From Candidatus Anstonellales archaeon (GTDB lineage Archaea > Micrarchaeota > Micrarchaeia > Anstonellales > J096): a DNA stretch of 64,000 nucleotides. A program made the translations under genes and the position numbers. This document shows positions 59,236-64,000 of the stretch, in pieces; positions within the stretch are counted from its first letter, which is position 1; each line of letters opens with the position of its first letter. The DNA lies in the NCBI GenBank assembly GCA_038896535.1, contig JAWACY010000001.1, forward strand, positions 1-64,000, in the 5' to 3' direction. The notes beneath the pieces are model-generated. The model was not told the DNA's origin, did not search any database, and saw only the letters and a list, made by a program, of their open reading frames with translations.

Positions 59236-59256
59236 AAAAACATATTGTGATATTCT

Positions 59257-60390
59257 TTATAAATGTATCTTTTTTTCCCAACATTGTTTTGCTAACATGC
59301 CATTATACAAATAAAGGTCTAGGTGTTTTTTTACTTCTTGTCTTGCTTTTTGATGCTTGTTCAAAAATTCATTTATTCTTTTTACAGCATATTCTTTAAG
59401 CTCCCCTGTAAGCAGTTCTCCTTTTCTGTATGCTATTTCAATTTCATTAATCTTTTTGTCATCTGGTTCAAAGATGATTTTTAGATACTGAAATGAAACA
59501 TCTACTTCTGGATTTCCACCTTTCTTTTTGTGCTCCTCCACTGTTGGTTGTCCACCAGAGAACGCATATTTCATTATTTTTTTCCTAACTGTTTGTTCAT
59601 CATCAGATAAATAAATGGCGCTTTCTTCTTCACTCGAACTCATTTTTCCTTCCATCCCTAGCAATGGCGGTAAAAATTTACTATGCAAAACTGCAGTCTT
59701 ATAAAAACCAAAACTTTCTGCTATGTCCCTTTGTATACGCCAATATGGGTCTTGATCAATTGCGCATGGTATTAAACATTGTTTCCTTTCAAAAAAAGTT
59801 GGCAATATCTGGTATGCTGGATAAAAAATTGCTCCTATATTTGTTTCATTGGTAAAACCAAATACAGCACGGGCAGTTGAAAACGTTATCTTTTTCGCAA
59901 TCTTTAGTAGGGGTTTATATGCTTTTCCTATGTATTCAGTATCCCTAAATATAAATGTCTTATGGGGTTTAAAACCAAGGGCAGCTATATCCAATATGTC
60001 TTCATAAGCTTGTTTTTCAATGTCGTCGAGTGCAATTTCTCTTTTAAATAAAAATTTTTCATCATCTGTTATTTCAATATAAACATTAACATCAAACATA
60101 TCTTGAAACCATTTTGATATTATAAAAGGTATAAGATGACCTATATGCATTTTTCCGGATGGTCCCCTGCCAGTATAAATAAAAAACCCTTTCCCATTTT
60201 CATAACTTGACAAAGCTTTATCAAGATCCCTATGGCTAAAAAAATGCCCTCTTGATATCATAAAATGTACATTACCAACCAATTTCTTTATTTTTTCTAT
60301 CTCTTTCTCAGTTATTTTGCTAGTTCCAAATTTCTTTATGAGTTTTTCATAATCAACTTTTCCTTTCACTTCCCATGGAGTAATATGCAT
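59257..60390 (-). CDS. trpS: Tryptophan--tRNA ligase
   Basis: TPWEV, YTGRGPS, HIGH, DQDPY, KMSSS, AFSGG. Confidence 0.97.
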   Translation of the reverse strand: MHITPWEVKGKVDYEKLIKKFGTSKITEKEIEKIKKLVGNVHFMISRGHFFSHRDLDKALSSYENGKGFFIYTGRGPSGKMHIGHLIPFIISKWFQDMFDVNVYIEITDDEKFLFKREIALDDIEKQAYEDILDIAALGFKPHKTFIFRDTEYIGKAYKPLLKIAKKITFSTARAVFGFTNETNIGAIFYPAYQILPTFFERKQCLIPCAIDQDPYWRIQRDIAESFGFYKTAVLHSKFLPPLLGMEGKMSSSEEESAIYLSDDEQTVRKKIMKYAFSGGQPTVEEHKKKGGNPEVDVSFQYLKIIFEPDDKKINEIEIAYRKGELLTGELKEYAVKRINEFLNKHQKARQEVKKHLDLYLYNGMLAKQCWEKKIHL

Positions 60391-60420
60391 AATAAAAATA
60401 ATGAATAAGCATTTAAAACA

Positions 60421-60780
60421 TTATTTATTTTTCTGAGGGGCCTCATTTATTTTTTGGCCCTTGTGCAATTGCTCTTTGCTCCCAACATCTTTTTTTGATA
60501 AATGTTTATTTGTATGCTCTAAATGTTCATCCAATGATTTTTTCATAAGTTCCATGTTAAATGCGAAAATGCCAAAATCAACATTATTCTTCATGCAAAA
60601 TTCCCTTAACATATTCTCCCTTGTTTTATACGGCTTGGACAAAAAATCCTTGAATTCCATTTTATTTAAATGAAGCCATTGTTTGAATAGCATTATGTAA
60701 TGTCTCGCTTTTTGTTCATCAATTCTGCTGCACAAGATATGGAGTAACATTTCAGTCAATTCTTTATCAGCCAGTCGCAC
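60421..60780 (-). CDS. Hypothetical protein
   Basis: 119-aa ORF filling the gap; GTG start. Confidence 0.5.
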   Translation of the reverse strand: MRLADKELTEMLLHILCSRIDEQKARHYIMLFKQWLHLNKMEFKDFLSKPYKTRENMLREFCMKNNVDFGIFAFNMELMKKSLDEHLEHTNKHLSKKDVGSKEQLHKGQKINEAPQKNK

Positions 60781-60863
60781 ATTTATTTATGTTTAGTAAA
60801 GTTTTTAATGATGTATGGAATTGTAAGCGCCCTATATAAGCGCATGTTGGTTTAGCCTGTTCT

Positions 60864-61172
60864 TCACCTTGCTTCCTCCTCTATCTCTTTCCTGAATTGC
60901 TCTGCTGTTTTAGGAGTGCATTCGACAACCTTTAAGGTGCCATTATATGCACTACAAAGTTTAACTGCTTCATCATTGCAGTTTTTTATGACATCTTGAG
61001 GGGTTTCTCCACCTATTGAAGAGTTTATTGGCGTGTCTGCAATACCAAAATCTGTCTCACATTGACCGTGGCAGTAGCAAACATATTTTCCTGGTTTAAC
61101 ACTTGGTGAAATGCAGCCAAAAGCAGTAAAAAACATTATGAATAAGAGAACCAAAACCTGTTTTTGGCGCAT
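60864..61172 (-). CDS. Small Cys-rich putative lipoprotein
   Basis: MRQKQVLVLLFIMFFTAFGC lipobox-like signal; six further Cys. Confidence 0.7.
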   Translation of the reverse strand: MRQKQVLVLLFIMFFTAFGCISPSVKPGKYVCYCHGQCETDFGIADTPINSSIGGETPQDVIKNCNDEAVKLCSAYNGTLKVVECTPKTAEQFRKEIEEEAR

Positions 61173-61220
61173 GTGAATTTTATAGAATAACAATTTAAAA
61201 ATATTGCACAAAACCCCTAT

Positions 61221-62240
61221 ATGGATACTACAGAAAAAAGGAAAGAAGAACACATAAAATTGGCTATGTCTGAAAACGCACTCTATGCTAGCGGAAACGG
61301 CTTTGATTTTATTGAACCGCTACATAATTCATTGCCTGAGCTTGATTTTTATAAAATTGATACAAGGATAAGATGTTTTAATAAACTCTTCTCAATCCCA
61401 CTTGTAATAACTGGCATGACAGGAGGGTTCAGCAAAGCAAAAGAAATAAATATAAAATTAGCACTTGCGGCAGAAAAATATGGCATATTATTTGGACTTG
61501 GAAGTCAAAGGGCTATGCTTGAAAACAAAAAACTAAAGGATACATATGCAGTCAAAAAATATGCTAAAGGGGTATTTCTTATAGGGAATATTGGAGGTTA
61601 TCAGCTCAAGACATATAATATAAAGAGAATAGAAGAAATGGCAAATGACATTGAGCTAGATGCTCTTGCAGTGCATTTAAATCCATTGCAAGAGTTAATA
61701 CAAAAAGAAGGGGACAAAAACTGGGAACATGTAGAACAAAAAATAGCAGAACTTGCAGAGGCTTTGCGTATTCCAATAATAATAAAAGAAACTGGGGCAG
61801 GGATAAATGATAACATCATAAAAAGATTAAAGAAATATAACATTCATTGGTTTGACATATCTGGAAAGGGCGGGACAAGTTGGAGCAAAATAGAATACAT
61901 GAGGTCAAGCTTTGTTAAAGGTTTTGAAGAGTGGGGAAATCAAACTGCATTATGCCTTGCATTGTGCGCTGGAAAAGCGAATATTATAGCAAGTGGTGGT
62001 ATAAGAAATGGCATTGATGGGGCAAAGGCATTAATGCTTGGGGCAAACTTATTTGGAGCAGCAAGACCTTTTTTAATTGAGGCAATGAATGGTAATCTTG
62101 ATGGCTTAATAAATGAATGGCATGTTCAATTAAAATCATTTATGTTTTTAACTGGCAGCAAAAATATAAGTGCATTAAAAAAGGCGAGATACATAGTAAA
62201 GAGCTGTTGGCTTTCGAGATATTTAAAAGATAGATTATAA
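61221..62240 (+). CDS. fni: Type 2 isopentenyl-diphosphate delta-isomerase
   Basis: RKEEHI, GMTGG, GSQR, HLNPLQE, KETGAG, GKGGTSW, ASGGIR. Confidence 0.95.
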   Translation: MDTTEKRKEEHIKLAMSENALYASGNGFDFIEPLHNSLPELDFYKIDTRIRCFNKLFSIPLVITGMTGGFSKAKEINIKLALAAEKYGILFGLGSQRAMLENKKLKDTYAVKKYAKGVFLIGNIGGYQLKTYNIKRIEEMANDIELDALAVHLNPLQELIQKEGDKNWEHVEQKIAELAEALRIPIIIKETGAGINDNIIKRLKKYNIHWFDISGKGGTSWSKIEYMRSSFVKGFEEWGNQTALCLALCAGKANIIASGGIRNGIDGAKALMLGANLFGAARPFLIEAMNGNLDGLINEWHVQLKSFMFLTGSKNISALKKARYIVKSCWLSRYLKDRL

Positions 62241-62253
62241 ACCCATCACAAGA

Positions 62254-63423
62254 TTATATTACAAAACGCATTATTCTTATTACTGGTTTATTGCTGTCAG
62301 GCATTTTATTAAAACCAAGCAATTTTGCATGTGTTTCTGATACATGATATTTGCAAGCCCCCTCTTCTTTAAATACCACCTTTGTTTCAGTTATTTTATT
62401 AAAGTGTTCATCATATATAAAACCAATGGGCAGTAGGCTGTGACCATATTTAATAAATGCATTCAAACTTGGGCTTTTTGTTATTCTCATGATCTTCTCA
62501 GCTTTGCTCTTATCTATAATGATTGGACTTGCAATGTAAATTTTCCCATTGACATTAAAGATTGAATACATCGAAATGCCGTGTTTTTTTAATATATTTT
62601 TTATTCTCTGTAGCTTCGTTCCTTGTTGCATTATCAGAATGTGTTTCCCTTTACCAGCTATTTGTGAAGACAATGCATGAACAAAATACGTGCCAGAAGG
62701 AAGGCCAGCGCTTCCTTCTTGGCCTGTTTTTCTCGGCATGTTGCGAAGCAACGTCATTGCTATGCTGCTCTTTGCTGGCAATTTCATTTTCGGAATATAT
62801 TTTAATAAATCTTTTGCTTTAATTTCTAGCTCGTATGGTCTTAAAGGAACGCACATATAACCGCTTTTAAAATTATAAGTAAATGGTAATCTAACAATCC
62901 TTCTTGTATCAATAAAAACGCCTTTATCAATATTGAAACGTTCAAATTCTTTGTAAAGTTCTTTTCTGTTATTTAAAACAGCCTCTTCCCTTTTTCTCGG
63001 ATTTTGTTCTTTAAATTCTTGCTCATCTAAACAGCTTATATGGAACCCTTTTGAACCAGAGAATGCTATATAATTTATTTTATAATCGTGCTGTATTAAA
63101 TAGTCATAAAGTTGTAATGCCCTTTCTCTTGCTATATCAATATTTTCAATTAAACTACCTTTACTTACATCAATATCAAAAAATATATCAGATTTAAGAA
63201 AAACTGTATCATACTCTTTTTCTTTTTCCCTCTTTCCCAGTAATTTTGGGTTTAACCAATAAGAAATAGAATAATAGCTATCGTATGCTTTATTCTCTTT
63301 CAAGAATTCTAACAATGATTTGTAATGAAAAAATTTCTTTGTTGCTTTCTTGAACAGCCCAAATTTATTTACAAACCTGATATGCCTAAACTTTAATAAT
63401 GGTATTATTTCAGCAAAAAAGGG
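62254..63423 (-). CDS. Archaeo-eukaryotic primase (PriS-like) catalytic protein with C-terminal extension; 5' end uncertain or frameshifted
   Basis: YYS, FDID, FSGSKGFH, D..RIVRLP motifs; frame is open upstream of the TTG at 63315 to 63423 with no ATG. Confidence 0.8.
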   Translation of the reverse strand, partial: PFFAEIIPLLKFRHIRFVNKFGLFKKATKKFFHYKSLLEFLKENKAYDSYYSISYWLNPKLLGKREKEKEYDTVFLKSDIFFDIDVSKGSLIENIDIARERALQLYDYLIQHDYKINYIAFSGSKGFHISCLDEQEFKEQNPRKREEAVLNNRKELYKEFERFNIDKGVFIDTRRIVRLPFTYNFKSGYMCVPLRPYELEIKAKDLLKYIPKMKLPAKSSIAMTLLRNMPRKTGQEGSAGLPSGTYFVHALSSQIAGKGKHILIMQQGTKLQRIKNILKKHGISMYSIFNVNGKIYIASPIIIDKSKAEKIMRITKSPSLNAFIKYGHSLLPIGFIYDEHFNKITETKVVFKEEGACKYHVSETHAKLLGFNKMPDSNKPVIRIMRFVI

Positions 63424-63704
63424 CTATCCCTATATGCCCTCTTCTTTATGTAATTCCTCAATGCTTTTGCCATTCTCTTGTCTTTTTTACTTAACTGCCT
63501 TACCAATTTATCAAATTGACTCTTTAATTCATCTTCGTCAGATGTTGGTTTTATTTTGGATGAAAGCCAACTTTCAAGTCTATGATAAGTTGGCGTTAAT
63601 CTTCTTGCCTTCTTTATTCCTTGTGGTTTTGCTTGTTGTTTCTCTTCTTTGCCAAAAAGAATACTTTTAAGCCAATCTAAAAATGCCATAAATAATAATC
63701 TCAT
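63405..63704 (-). CDS. Short ORF, possibly the N-terminal part of the primase-like protein
   Basis: Its stop lies just after a CCCTTTTTT run where the primase frame opens. Confidence 0.55.
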   Translation of the reverse strand: MRLLFMAFLDWLKSILFGKEEKQQAKPQGIKKARRLTPTYHRLESWLSSKIKPTSDEDELKSQFDKLVRQLSKKDKRMAKALRNYIKKRAYRDSPFLLK

Positions 63705-63747
63705 GTATTTTTAAATATTCTGCTTTTGTACTGCCTTACTTAAAAAG

Positions 63748-63819
63748 CGCCTCGGCCGGGATTCGAACCCGGATCGCCGGCGTGACAGGCCGACATGCTT
63801 GCCATTACACCACCGAGGC
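63748..63819 (-). tRNA. tRNA-Asp(GTC)
   Basis: Anticodon arm TCGGC-CTGTCAC-GCCGG; acceptor GCCTCGG/CCGAGGC. Confidence 0.95.
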
Positions 63820-63949
63820 TTAACAATTATATGCTAACAACATAAGAACATACCAACATATACAAACGCATCAATGCCAATGTTCTTATATAATTAGTAA
63901 TAAAATTTATAAATCACTATTTTTTGTTTTGAAGTGTTTATTTTATTTT

Positions 63950-64000
63950 CCTTCTTATATAAGAAGGCCCGTGTAATAGGGTTAGCGCCTTCTTACTTCT
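63950..64000. repeat. Third locus of the 36-bp palindromic repeat, cut by the window end
   Basis: TAAGAAGGC-CCGTGTAATAGGGTTAGC-GCCTTCTTA at 63960-63995, followed by the linker start CTTCT. Confidence 0.92.

Overview
AT-rich, densely packed archaeal chromosome segment. The divergent stand-alone 16S rRNA and compact housekeeping genes suggest a DPANN lineage, possibly Micrarchaeota (inference, not verified). It contains one 16S rRNA with a bulge-helix-bulge (BHB)-like processing stem and no linked 23S, eight tRNAs (His, Gln, Ser, Leu, Arg, Lys, intron-containing Tyr, Asp) and a box C/D guide RNA. About 65 CDS include hisS, trpS, psmA, lig, adkA, rps6e, aIF2-gamma, an S-layer protein, Lhr, RFC-L, RNase HII, fni and a geranylgeranyl reductase. 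The most striking unexplained structure is a family of 36-bp palindromic units (TAAGAAGGC-N18-GCCTTCTTA). They form four-unit arrays directly abutting the 3' ends of tRNA-Leu and tRNA-Arg, and a further copy sits at the window edge. Other notable items: a C/D RNA predicted to methylate 16S A1408; a compensatory U1404-A1497 pair in the decoding helix; a bacterial-type MltB lytic transglycosylase; a short Ku homologue; a Nudix-endonuclease III fusion; a beta-barrel-like exported protein beside the S-layer gene; four mosaic tandem paralogs; and a primase-like gene split by a -1 frameshift. All calls are by eye from motifs; no database search was run.
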